A DNA stretch of 64,000 nucleotides from Macrostomum lignano (Eukaryota), in NCBI GenBank assembly GCA_002269645.1, contig NIVC01003686.1, forward strand, positions 18,877-82,876, in the 5' to 3' direction. Each line of letters opens with the position of its first letter. Positions within the stretch are counted from its first letter, which is position 1. Both the position numbers and the translations under genes were made by a program. This document shows, one piece after another, positions 17,870 to 29,318 of the stretch. The notes under the pieces are model-generated. The model was not told the origin of the DNA. It was given only the letters and a program-made list of their open reading frames with translations, and made no database searches.

Positions 17870-18155
17870 GCCTAAGAACATGTTCAAAAATATGCTTGGT
17901 CTAGCCATCACTGGGCTGTTAATGTTTGATGGGCAGTATTTTCTCTAGATTGATGGATGTGCTATGGGTAACCCATTAGCTTCCATGTTAGCCAATCTTT
18001 GTATGAGCATATGACTTACTGGGAGTCTGAATAGTTGAAACTGCCTTGTGCACCTAAGTTTTAAGAAATACTTAGGAAATAATAAGAAAGACCATGAAAC
18101 AATTTTTCAAGCAATCAATTTCACCCACCCTAACATCAAATTCACCTTCAAATCT
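17870..18155 (+). pseudogene. Penelope-like retroelement reverse transcriptase relic
   Basis: Translates to FDGQYFL*IDGCAMGNPLASMLANLCM and, downstream, INFTHPNIKFT. These match the PLE RT motifs GxxMGSPLSPxLANxxM and HPNIKFT. Stop codons are present. Confidence 0.7.
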
Positions 18156-18737
18156 AGGTTTATTTTTTGGGCCATATGGGGTTTTTGGCCCCTTTCCAAT
18201 CGCATTGGCAACTGGATTTTTGGCATTAGAGGCCAATCTGGCAACTTCATTTCCTTGTGCCAGTTGCCACTTTTAGAAAATGATTTTGCAAGTGTAATAA
18301 AAGTGCCATATGAATCTAAGTTGAGGTAAATACTAAGTTGCAAAAATTGACAATGTCAATAACAAGTCCCAGACAGTCTCATTCCCATAGTCATACAGTG
18401 CATACATGTTTAATGAGCCTCGGAAATATCTATCCTCAAGAATGTGGCTTGTTGCCAATTGCTTTTTCATTGGCTATTAGAAGAGCTTATTAGAATTTTT
18501 TTTCCATACCAGTTAAAGATTTCTCATTTTCTTTCTTCCTTTTTTTATTTTTACCTACTTGACTATCAATAAAATAAAGAATTTATTAACTGTCATTACT
18601 CTGAACTCTTCTTCCTGTGATCTATTATACTCTACACTTAGATTTCTTACTACTTCATTGAACTATACTTCAAACATATTCTGCTCTATACAAGAATTAT
18701 AATATTAATATGAGAAGAGGGCAGCATCTTAGCATAG

Positions 18738-19377
18738 NNNNNNNNNNNNNNNNNNNNNNNNNNNNNNNNNNNNNNNNNNNNNNNNNNNNNNNNNNNNNNN
18801 NNNNNNNNNNNNNNNNNNNNNNNNNNNNNNNNNNNNNNNNNNNNNNNNNNNNNNNNNNNNNNNNNNNNNNNNNNNNNNNNNNNNNNNNNNNNNNNNNNNN
18901 NNNNNNNNNNNNNNNNNNNNNNNNNNNNNNNNNNNNNNNNNNNNNNNNNNNNNNNNNNNNNNNNNNNNNNNNNNNNNNNNNNNNNNNNNNNNNNNNNNNN
19001 NNNNNNNNNNNNNNNNNNNNNNNNNNNNNNNNNNNNNNNNNNNNNNNNNNNNNNNNNNNNNNNNNNNNNNNNNNNNNNNNNNNNNNNNNNNNNNNNNNNN
19101 NNNNNNNNNNNNNNNNNNNNNNNNNNNNNNNNNNNNNNNNNNNNNNNNNNNNNNNNNNNNNNNNNNNNNNNNNNNNNNNNNNNNNNNNNNNNNNNNNNNN
19201 NNNNNNNNNNNNNNNNNNNNNNNNNNNNNNNNNNNNNNNNNNNNNNNNNNNNNNNNNNNNNNNNNNNNNNNNNNNNNNNNNNNNNNNNNNNNNNNNNNNN
19301 NNNNNNNNNNNNNNNNNNNNNNNNNNNNNNNNNNNNNNNNNNNNNNNNNNNNNNNNNNNNNNNNNNNNNNNNNNNNN
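18738..19377. other. Assembly gap (640 N)
   Basis: Run of N. Confidence 1.
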
Positions 19378-19600
19378 AGTAGAGGAGAAAGATGGGAGAA
19401 GAGAGATAAGAGAGAGGGGGAAACAGAGAGAGGGGGAAGCAGAGAGAGAGGGGGAAAGCAGAGAAATGAAAAGAATAAGAGAAGAGAGAGAAGAGAAAGG
19501 AGAGATCAGAGAGCAAATAAAGACGAGAAAGAAGAGAGGAAACAGAAGAGAAGATAGAAGTTTCAAAGAATCCAAGGGACATAGGGAGAGTCAGAAGCAG
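19378..19600. repeat. GA-rich low-complexity tract
   Basis: Almost purely purine (GAGA/GAAA) sequence next to the gap. Confidence 0.8.
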
Positions 19601-19917
19601 AGGCCAGAGTTTGCCAATACATGTTTTAGAGTCAGATAGACATTAATTGCCTATTTAAAGTAAAAAGCCCCTAGCCAACAATATTCAATGTTTGCCTTAA
19701 ATCCTAATTTTACGCGAATGTACTCCATTTTGTTTACCTCGATCCTACTAACTCTTAACAAGTTTTTGTTTGTGTATGACCTTAGATTTCAGAATACATG
19801 CAAAAGTAGTTCCAGGGATTGGAATTCCCTGGGTTCAAAATCTATGGGTTTTAACAGCTTGTATATATAAAGGCCTAATTAATGACAATAACATGATTAT
19901 TATGGTCAGGCCTAATG

Positions 19918-22900
19918 TAGGGTGTCCAGTGAGCTATTTTTTCAATGTATGATTTTTGAAAAATATGAAAATGACCTAATTTCAAATGTCTGTAAATCGG
20001 TAAGTATGTAAGCTACAGCAATGAGTTTATACTTTTTAGAAAGTTAAGACTTATATCTACAACATAAAAAAAGAATCAAGCGATTTCATTTTATACAAAA
20101 AAAGTTACAGCATGGCAAAGTTGTGCCATTTTTACAGAAATTTAAAATTGAGGCAAAATCCAAAAAAGAAAGTGGGTTTTGTAGAATTGGTCCTACATAA
20201 AAACTGAACTGTTTTTCATGATTTTTTCAACACTGGAGCTTAGTAAACATGTATGAGTACCTTAGGAGCTATTTTTTGAAGAAAAAATTTTTCATGTACA
20301 AGCATGTCATGTACATGAAAATTGGTGAATGTCAGTTTTTCAAGATCGGGTGTAAGCATGCCCCTGAAACTTTATGTAGTTGTTATGGCAACCAAATGAA
20401 GCAGTTTCAGTGAAAGTTCGACCTCCTAACTATAAACGCAAGTGCTGGGCAAAAATTTCACCAAATACATGTAAAATCTCATAGGAAAATGTAAAACTTC
20501 AAATATTGGATGGCCTGTTTGAAGCACGAATGTTTCCTTTGCTTAAAATGTAGCCTAACGCACCCCAAATCAGGTCTAGAAAGGATTTCTATGTAGGCCA
20601 AAACGCAAAGGCACCATTGGCCATAGACTGTAGAACGTTTCTTGGAAATACACTGCGGAGATAGGGAAAAACAAAACTGGGCATTTCGCAGCTTCTAATG
20701 GGGACTATTTGACTCTGCTTTGACCCAAATTGAAATTGATGTATATGAGCTGTTGATCTAAACAACTTATATGATAGTAATGTTGCTTTTAGTTGAGGAA
20801 TTGTAATTACCTATACTACATTATCCACTCTCACTTGATCATTTCAGTTTAGACTCAATATTCAAGAAGTTCAGTAACTCTGTTGAGCTACTCGTCGTCT
20901 GACAGGACATGAAGGTCGCCCTTCAAATAGTCTTCGTACAAGTTATATTCAAAGGTTGTGCTGCCATGGTCGTCAAACACAACCTGGAACTTCTGCTCAA
21001 GGATGTCTGCATTGGTACCCGGAACACGGCGGACAACGACACCCTGCTCCCAGACCTCGCCGTCGGTGTAGCCAAACAAAACCTCCACACGTCGGCCTTC
21101 CAGCTGTGGGAGGTTGCTCAGCGAGGGGGAATAGCAGCAGCCTGCTGCTCTGCAATGGCCTCGGCAGAGTCTGACTCCGAATCAGAAGTCGGCAGCGGCG
21201 CTCGCTTTTGCCTGCTCGAAGCTCTACCCTGGCCACGGCCACGCCCCTGACCACGTCCGCGACCCCGACCGCGTGCCCGACTGCCTGACGCGCTAGCACC
21301 ACGCCCGCTGCCTGCTGCGCCACCTTGGTGCTGCTGGCCAGTCGTAGCTGCCACCTGACGGGCCTCCAGCTTCTTGGTGACAGCAGAGCGGACAAGCTCT
21401 GCCCGCTCATTACAGGGCCGGATGTTGGTGTTGCCTTGGGTGTCGACCGCGACGGCAACTGCTGCCTTTTCAGCCTCCAGATGGGCAATTACTTGTCGCA
21501 GGTTGGCAGTCAGGGCGGGCAGGCTGCGTCTTACACCGGCTCGCGACAGGTTGAGCAGGGCAGCCAGGTCCCTTGGCAGAGTAGGCTCTGCATGGAAGTA
21601 AGTTTGTAGGTGATAATGAATTCTCCAAATTACCTGATTCCTGAACGTTTGAAAGTCAACTTTCAGCAAAATTTTCGTGAAACTTTCTTTGCTAAAGACC
21701 AATTTAAAAATTTACTTCCTACTTAATACCAAAACTACGCTGTCTTACTCATGGCTTTCTGCAGACGCAGCTGCGCTGTCACAGCTTGCTCGTGACGTCC
21801 AGATGGGAGCTGCTGCAGCGCCTCCGTCATGTCGCTGACGGTAATCCAGACGCCGCCGAACTCGTGAACAGCGCGCATGTGGTCACGGAGGGAGCAGTCC
21901 TTGGCGACTCTCTTGCGGTGCACTGCCTCGATGCGCGCCTGCTGCAACTGCTGCCGTGCCTTGTCGATCGCCTGTTTCGTCGCCTTTGCCCGTGCCTCAA
22001 CTTTCCGGAAATCTTCCGAGCCCGAGAAAGCATGGCCTCCTGCTCATCTCGAGTTTTTTGATGCAGCCACTGCTCCGTAGCGTTCTGCTGAAAGAGGACG
22101 TACGCCTCTCGAGCCAATGGGCGCATGTGCGGCTTGCAAGTCACCGTGCTGTCCAGCACAGCAAAATTGCGCTCGGGAGCGACGTTGTCTTTCGGCGCAT
22201 CCGCTGTCAGACGGCGCTGCTCGTCGGACAAATTGCGCAGGGCACCGCCGGGCAAGTGGTCGCAGACCTCACGATGAAGCAGCACGAGCATGTATGCAGC
22301 GGTGACCTGCAGCGCCTGGCTCAGTAGATCGTTGTCCAGCTGCGACGCATCGGCCGTCAACGCACTCCAAACGTCGCCAGCGTCATCGGGCGCTAGCACT
22401 GCCCCAGCAAGGTCAGGAAATGGGCCGCTCTGGTCGCCCGAAAAGCGGAAGCCGTCTGCCGTGGCCAGCTCCTCCAGCCAGTCGCAGAGTTGCTCGTAGC
22501 GCTGGTTCATGTCCAGAATTCGGACTGTTGACTGCCGGTTCAGCATCCACAATGGCCGAATCACCAGCATGTCGATGACACCAAGCGCTCGACAGCCACT
22601 CAGCAGGACATTCGAGGCGAGATCTGCTTGCACGGCTTATTCTTATGAAATATTATGTAGTATTCAATTTAAATGCTAGCAGAAGCACTGGAGTGAGGGT
22701 TAGAAATGGAGCGATAAAATTGAGTATGAGTATATTGTTCTGACATAATTTACAATTACAATTTATATTATGACATAATAGCATCTGAAAGTGAAATAGT
22801 ATATTTTGACATGATCAATGACATAAACTCACAGTAAAGCCAGATACTCATAATATTAGTCATATTTATATATTAAGGACAAGCCAGAAAATATGGAAAC

Positions 22901-23724
22901 AGAAACTTATGAAGTTATGAAACATTTTTTATACCATATACATGTCATTACCCATTTACAACAATACAGAGAGAGAAGCAGTGCAATGAATTTTTTTTTA
23001 AAAATTCTTATAACTTTTTTATTATTCAACATATCTTTAAAAGTAATATGTCATTTTACTCATAACATCCAGTTGTATTTGTTAAAAAAAGTAAAAACCC
23101 TGACATTCTAACTTAAAACTGTTTACTAGACACTATCACCCAGTTTGACTTCCTGAACCCTTATTCACAATTTTTCCTTAAAAAATTCTCCTCACCTACA
23201 GCTATACTTAAACTGCACAATTTTTATGTTTCCTAAAAGAACTAAAAGAAATCTAAAGTTTGACACCAAGAAAGTCTGTCTAAGTATAGTACAAGTATTT
23301 TAAGGGGACTTTAAAGTAAAAAAAGTATGACTCCGGCAGCATAAAAAAAACATTTTTTTATTAACAGAACATCCTGCAGCAAAAAACTGCTAAGCAGGAG
23401 AACTTTTTTAGTTACAAATTATATTGCACAGTTAAATTACCTAAAAATTGACACCAAAGTCAAAGAAGTAGCTTAACTAACAAAAAAGTTATTTACACTT
23501 AATTAAAGAAAAAAGTAAAAATGACGTGGAATTGGCTTCACTTTCTAATGTATTAAGAATAGGGAAAAACGCATTCTTTTTAAAACAAAAATACTCATAA
23601 CTTTTTTATTACTTGACCAAATTAAAAAAGTGAAGTGTCATTTTACTCATAACATCCAGGTCTATAAGTTACATAAGTCAAAACCAAAAAAATTTCAGAA
23701 AAAAAATTCTCACTGGACACCCTA
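19918..23724 (-). mobile_element. TIR DNA transposon (3.8 kb), hATw-like, internally deleted
   Basis: Perfect 16-bp TIR TAGGGTGTCCAGTGAG (19918-19933) / CTCACTGGACACCCTA (23709-23724), an exact 7-bp TSD CCTAATG (19911-19917, 23725-23731) and an internal transposase-like remnant. The superfamily call rests on the TSD length. Confidence 0.85.
20888..22640 (-). pseudogene. C-terminal half of a transposase-like protein with one intron (approx. 21747-21588) and frameshifts
   Basis: Contains GCRALGVIDMLVIRPLW, DHLPGG and DNVAPERNFAVLD (reminiscent of the hAT C-terminal TSxxxERxFS motif). The phase-1 GTAAG...CAG intron joins QKAM to KPTLPRDL in frame. The protein ends in a small beta-rich domain (LEGRRVEVLFG...WEQGVV...EDYLKGDL). 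The N-terminal half is absent. Confidence 0.65.
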
Positions 23725-24717
23725 CCTAATGTTTATATATTGTATCCATGAAAATATGAAGATATATTTTCCTGTCTAAGTATCTAGAACTACCAAGTTT
23801 GGCACAATATATTTGTCAAGGAAACCTAATCTTCAATTAAATACTGAATATGATTTGATTCCAATAATTTAATTTGTCTAGCCTACTCTTTAGCCTTCAC
23901 TGCTTTAGGTTCAGAAGGAAGTTATATGTTATGTTACCACTACATAACTATGCTATTTCGATAGTAATACTTAACTATAGATTGACCAGTATTGTCTGCT
24001 GCAACCTATATGTAACTCTTATTCCAATAACCTTAACAAACAGGACACAAACAGCACTATAATATTGGTATAGTGATATAGGTGTAGTAGTATGAAAGCT
24101 TCGATCAAACTAAAATCACGAAGAAAATATTGGTGTTTGATTATTTTAAATTAGTTATAATGTGACGATAACCGGCAGACTCGAAATTAACTGACGAAGA
24201 CAAATACAGCAGAGGCAAATTTTGTAGCGGTAGCACTTGATGATAGTAGCGAATGATGCGGGCGGTGGCCGCAATTCTTATTTATTGTAACCGTATGAGT
24301 AGATAGTTTGGGCGATCGTTATTATCAATTCCGTCTGGGTAGTTTATAGAGATGGGCCAGAGTACGCTCGTATTTGCTAAATCCGTAAGGAATGCACTGG
24401 GCGGCTACGCAACAATAAGATGGATGATTGATGATAGAGCGAGTCGATGAGCCTGAGGCAATGTCGACGATGTGATGGCAGTGATCGTGTGATTGCGGTA
24501 CTCGTAGCAAGAACCCTTTATAGACGGTAGTGGTGGCGTGGTCGAGATAATTGACGGTGGCGGTGGCGTGACTGAGACTTGGCAGAGGCGTGGTTTAGAA
24601 CTGTGGCGGAGCGAGGCGGAGAGAGAAGACGGGTAAACAAGCAAACAAGGGTCGAGCGCCCCAGCCAGACAGGACTGATAAAGAGAGGGCTAGCTGGGGG
24701 TAGGTGCGCGAGGAGAG

Positions 24718-24895
24718 TGTTGTGGCCGCTGGCCAAATGAATGAAATCGATTCACTTAAGGCGAAGGAGAGGAGAGGAGAGGTAGCTCTCAGCTATTAGT
24801 TAGCTAGCCAATATATATTATCTAACTGATACGAGCTAGATTTACATCGATGCGCGTAAGTTACAAAATAGCATTGAGCATGCACATTCACAACA
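24718..24895 (-). repeat. 3' LTR (178 bp)
   Basis: Direct repeat of 29140-29318 with about 12 differences. Confidence 0.95.
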
Positions 24896-25034
24896 TCATC
24901 CCCCGTGCAAAGAGTGACAGATTACGGGTGGGATAAGCAGACGCATTAAAGCAAGCAATGTCAATGGAACAGTTTTCGGTGCATGAGCAGTCAGTTTGTC
25001 AAGTCAGTCAATCGTGAGTCACAACGTTGCCGAA

Positions 25035-28000
25035 TCATTGAGGCGGTGCACGAAGTCTCTCAGAGCGGCGCAGCGGTGGCGTTGGCGGTGACGCCTCTGG
25101 TTGCCCGCCGCCCGGCTGTTGCAGAGCCTCTGTGTCGTCGGCCCCGTCACCCCAGCCGTGGTGGTCATCAAGGATGCAGCGGCTGATGTGCCAGCGGCTG
25201 CCATAGGTCAGGGTGATCATTGTGTTGCCCTCGTGACTGACGACTGTCTGTGGCTCGAAGACGCCGTTGCTGAGCTTTCCGCGCCTCGGCCGGCGGACGC
25301 GGACACGGCTCCCGACAGTCAGCGCTGCGTCCTTCAGCGGCTGGTTCCGCTTACGCATCCCGCGGCGGCTCTTGGCCCGCTGCTGTCGCTCCATGACGCT
25401 GCGCCGCAGCTCCTGGTCCGTCGTTGACTCGGTGCTTGCTGGTTGAAGACGATCGAGAGGCAGGCGGAGCTTCCGTCCCAGCATCAGTTCAGCCGGCGAC
25501 TTCTTGGTCAGCGCGTGCTCAGATGATCGATACGCGAGCAGCAGCCCCTGAACCGCCTGCTTCACTGGCACACCGTCGGCGAGTAGTGCGCTAGTGATGA
25601 AGCCGTTGAACCTCTCGACTCCGCCATTCTGCTGTGGACAGTAGAACGGAGTGCGACGGTGCTTGATGCCGAGCGAGCTGAAGAAGTCCGTGAACTCGGT
25701 TGACACAAACTGAGGTCCGTTGTCCGTGGTAATTTCGTCTAGAAGCCCCCAGCGGACAAACAGGCTGCGAAGGGCTTCGATACACGCAGCGGAAGTCACG
25801 GATGAAGATGCGATGATCTCAGGCCACTTGGAGTAGAGATCGTGGACGACGATGAAAAATCGATGGGCACATTGGCTTCCGGCAGCTCTCCAACGATATC
25901 GACTTGCAGCTGTCGCCATGGACCCGCTGGTAGCTCCGTCGTTGACCATGGGACCTTGATCGGCTTGAACGCTTTCTCGGACAGGACGCAGGCACTGCAG
26001 TTCCGCACGAAGGCCTCCACGTCGCTGTCGATGCGCGGCCACCAGACCGTATCGCGGCACCGCGCCTTGACCTTGGCGACGCCGAGATGTCCTTGATGCG
26101 CCTCTGCTAGCACAAGGTCGCGGAGGTCAGTCGGGATGAGGGCTCGGCTGCCTCTCACCAGGCAGCAACCATCATTCCACAGGTAGAGCTCGTGTTGCAC
26201 CTGGTGGAAGCCCTTCAGGTCGGCTGGAACCTCGGATGGCCATCCGTTGATGAGAAACCCGATGACTCGCTGCAGTTGGTTGTCGCTCTTGGTTGCATCG
26301 GCCAGTTGAGTGACTGAGATCGGCTCGGCGCTTCTGGCCAGCACCAGGTTGATGTCGGACTCGCTCTGGTGCTGCTCATTGGACTCGTTGGCTGTGCTCT
26401 TGCCGTCGTAGCCGTAGCGAGACAGAAAGTCGGGCTGGACGTTGAGCTTGCCGGGGACGTACTCGATGTCGAAGTCGTAGACGAAGAGTCGCTCGCACCA
26501 GCGCTGAAGTCGAAGAGGTCGTTGGCCGACTCCTCGAGGTGATAGCAGGGTCGTCAGCGCTTGATGGTCGGTTAGAAGCTTGAACTTGCGACCGTACAGC
26601 AGCAGGTGCCAAAGCTCGCAGCTCCAGACGCAGGCCAAGGCCGCCTTCTCTGACGCAGAGTAGTCGGACAGGGCTCGCGAGGCGAAGGCGACTGGCCACA
26701 GCTGTCCGTGCTCGTCGACTTGGCTCAGGGTCGCGCCCAGGGCGACGTCACTGCTGTCGCAGGAGACGACGGTTTCGTGATCTTGGTCGAAGAACTTCAG
26801 GCACGGTGCTGATGAGATGAACCGCTTCACCTCGCTGAAGGCTGCCTCGCATTTCGCGTCCCAGTTCCATGGCGCGTCCTTGCGCAGGAGAGCTGTCGGC
26901 TCGGCGACGTGAGACAGGTTCTTGATGTAGAACTAGAAGAACTTTGCAAAGCCGAGGAATGAAGCCAACTCTGCCGTATTTGTGGGTGCCTTGAGTTTCG
27001 ACACGGACTCGGTGTGCGACTGGAGAGGTTGAATTCCCGCTGCGCTTACGCGGTGTCCGACGAACTCGATCTCCGACGCCTTGAAGGTGCACTTCTTGAG
27101 GTTGACGGTTACTCGATGCTGCAGCAGCTTGTCCAGTACCTGAAGTACGCAATTTTCGTGCTCGGCCTCCGTAGCGGCGTGAACGGCGATGTCGTCTTGA
27201 TAGTGAACGACGCCTCTGATGCCTTGGAGGATCTTGCCGACGACCTTCTGGAAGGCCGCCGGAGCCGAGCTGATGCCGAACGGCATCCGTCTGAATCGGT
27301 AGAGGCCGGATTCGGTGTGGAAGCAGGTCAGATTCATGGTGTCATCATGCAGAGGCAGCTGTAGATACGACTGTTTGAGGTCGATCCTTGAGAATAAGAC
27401 CGAATTGTTGAATTCGGTCACCAGGTCAGCGAAGGTAGGCAGTGACATCGAGTCCGGGATGATCGCCTTGTTGACGCTTCGCAGATCAACGCAAAGGCGC
27501 AGCTTCCCATCGGCCTTGCGGTCACAGATGAAGTTGGACTGCCAGTCAGGGATATCGCCGTCGACTCGCTCGATGATGCCTTCTTCCTTCCAGCGTTGAA
27601 TCTCGCTGTCGCACTTCTGGCGCAGCGCTAGAGGCAGTCGGCGCAGACGCTAAGCTACGGGAGGCACAGTTGGGTCAACTCCGGGACGGTGGCAGAACCC
27701 TTTGATCTCACCGAGTCCGGTGCCTAAGGCGTGGTAATTAGCTGGGATCCATTCGGGCATCGACGTAGTCGGAGGCTCCTCGGATTCGACCGTAGCAATC
27801 TGATGTCCGGAAGGCCCGAGAACTCTGCAGTTCAGCTTGTCCATCAGGTCGATTCCCATCAGATCATCGCTGTCCATGACGACGGGGAAGCTGAACGATG
27901 GGAGCTGGACGCAGTCGAACTCGACCGTGGCGTCGATCTCGCCGGCGACGCTGATGCTGGAGCCGTTGTACGACACGAGCTGTCTCCCAGACGGTCGCAG

Positions 28001-29000
28001 GGGGACCTTGGGGCCGAAAATCTTCCGGCAGGTCTGCATGTTGATGATGGAGACCTTGGCAGCTGTGTCCACTAACAGCGGAGTGCTGAACCCGTTGATC
28101 CTGACGCTGGCTCTCTTGTACTCGCCCTTCTTGTCCGTGCTGACGGCGAAGATGCTTTGCTGAGCGGAGCTGTCGAAGTCGACGCATTGAACCTTCTTCT
28201 GAGCCGAGTGCGGTGCCGTGGTGCTGCTCTTGCACACGCTGGCGAAATGGTTGAGCTTTCCGCACTTCTTACACGCTTTGCCACGGGCAGAGCAGCGCGG
28301 GTCGCTGCCTATGCGGTGGCCCGGCGTACCGCAGTGCGAGCAGCAGGGCTCTTGCAGTGGTCGCGCTGCCTGGCCTCTGGTGCCGATCGGAGCTCTCTTG
28401 GCGTTGATCTTCCTGACGCTGTCGTCAGCTGCATTCTTGCCGGTCAAGGACTTCTCACTCTGGACAGCTTTTTCCACTTGGGCGGCAATCTGGATTGCTC
28501 CTCCAGGGTGAGCTCTTGCTCTAGCAGGAGGCGTTCGCGCACCTTTGCTGATGAAGTGCCGAAGATCAGCTGGTCCAAGATGAGGTCGTCGTGAAGGCTC
28601 TGGAACTCGCTGTCTCTGGCGGCATAGCGCAAGTTTGCCACGAATGCGTGCACGCCTTCGCCGCTCCGCTGGACGCACTTCCGGAAGTCATGGCGCTTGG
28701 CATACACGCTGACGGTGGGCTGAAAGTGCTCCTTGAGCAGTTTGCATGCCGCTTCGAGTGTCGCTGGAGCTTCATCTGGAGACTTGATGAGAGTCCGGTA
28801 GACTCGCACTCCTTCCCGCCGGAGGCAGTGCGATCTTCATGGCTTCTTGCAAGCCGTCGACTCCTGACGCTAGCAGGTAGGTGTCGAACTCAGCGGCCCA
28901 AGTTTCCCATGAAACCACAGGTGTTCCTGGGTTGTCGAGAAATGGAGGCGGTTCTCTGAGGTTTAGTCGTTGCGCTGGCGCTGTGGCGTTGTCAGAGCTG
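25035..29000 (-). pseudogene. gag-pol polyprotein broken by frameshifts
   Basis: Gag knuckles CSHCGTPGH and CKKCGKLNHFASVC; protease LLVDTAAKVS; RT FSRIDLKQSYLQ, RMPFG, YQDD; RNase H CDSSDVALGA; integrase H-H-C-C, TDNGPQF, NGGVERFN. Confidence 0.92.
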
Positions 29001-29139
29001 CTTATTTCTAACTTTGCTGTGTTGAGTTTGCAGAATTGCAAGGCGATAGCGAGAGTTGGCTTGTGGGCCTTGGCTGCCGTGAGTTGAGTTGAATTTTGCG
29101 CGGGGTGGTTTTTCGCTAAGTCCTTGCTTGCGATGCCAG

Positions 29140-29318
29140 TGTTGTGGCCGCTGGTCAAATGAATGAAATCAATTTCACTTAAAGCGAAGGAGAGGAGAGG
29201 AGAGGTAGCTCTCAGCTAATAGTGAGCTAGCCAATATATATTATCTTACTGATACAAGCTAGATGTACATCGATGCGCGTACGTTACATAATAGCATTGA
29301 GCATACACATTCACAACA
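29140..29318 (-). repeat. 5' LTR (179 bp)
   Basis: Direct repeat of 24718-24895, followed on the minus strand by the PBS. Confidence 0.95.

Larger units (their letters stand above)
24718..29318 (-). mobile_element. Ty3/gypsy LTR retrotransposon (Mag/K02A2.6-like), full length, degenerate
   Basis: LTRs at 24718-24895 and 29140-29318 (TGT...ACA), 5-bp TSD GAGAG, PBS TGGCATCG after the 5' LTR, PPT GGGGGATGA before the 3' LTR, and gag-PR-RT-RH-IN domain order. Confidence 0.95.

Noticed and set aside
18686-19639. ORFs of about 300 aa
   Set aside because: They are artefacts of the N gap.
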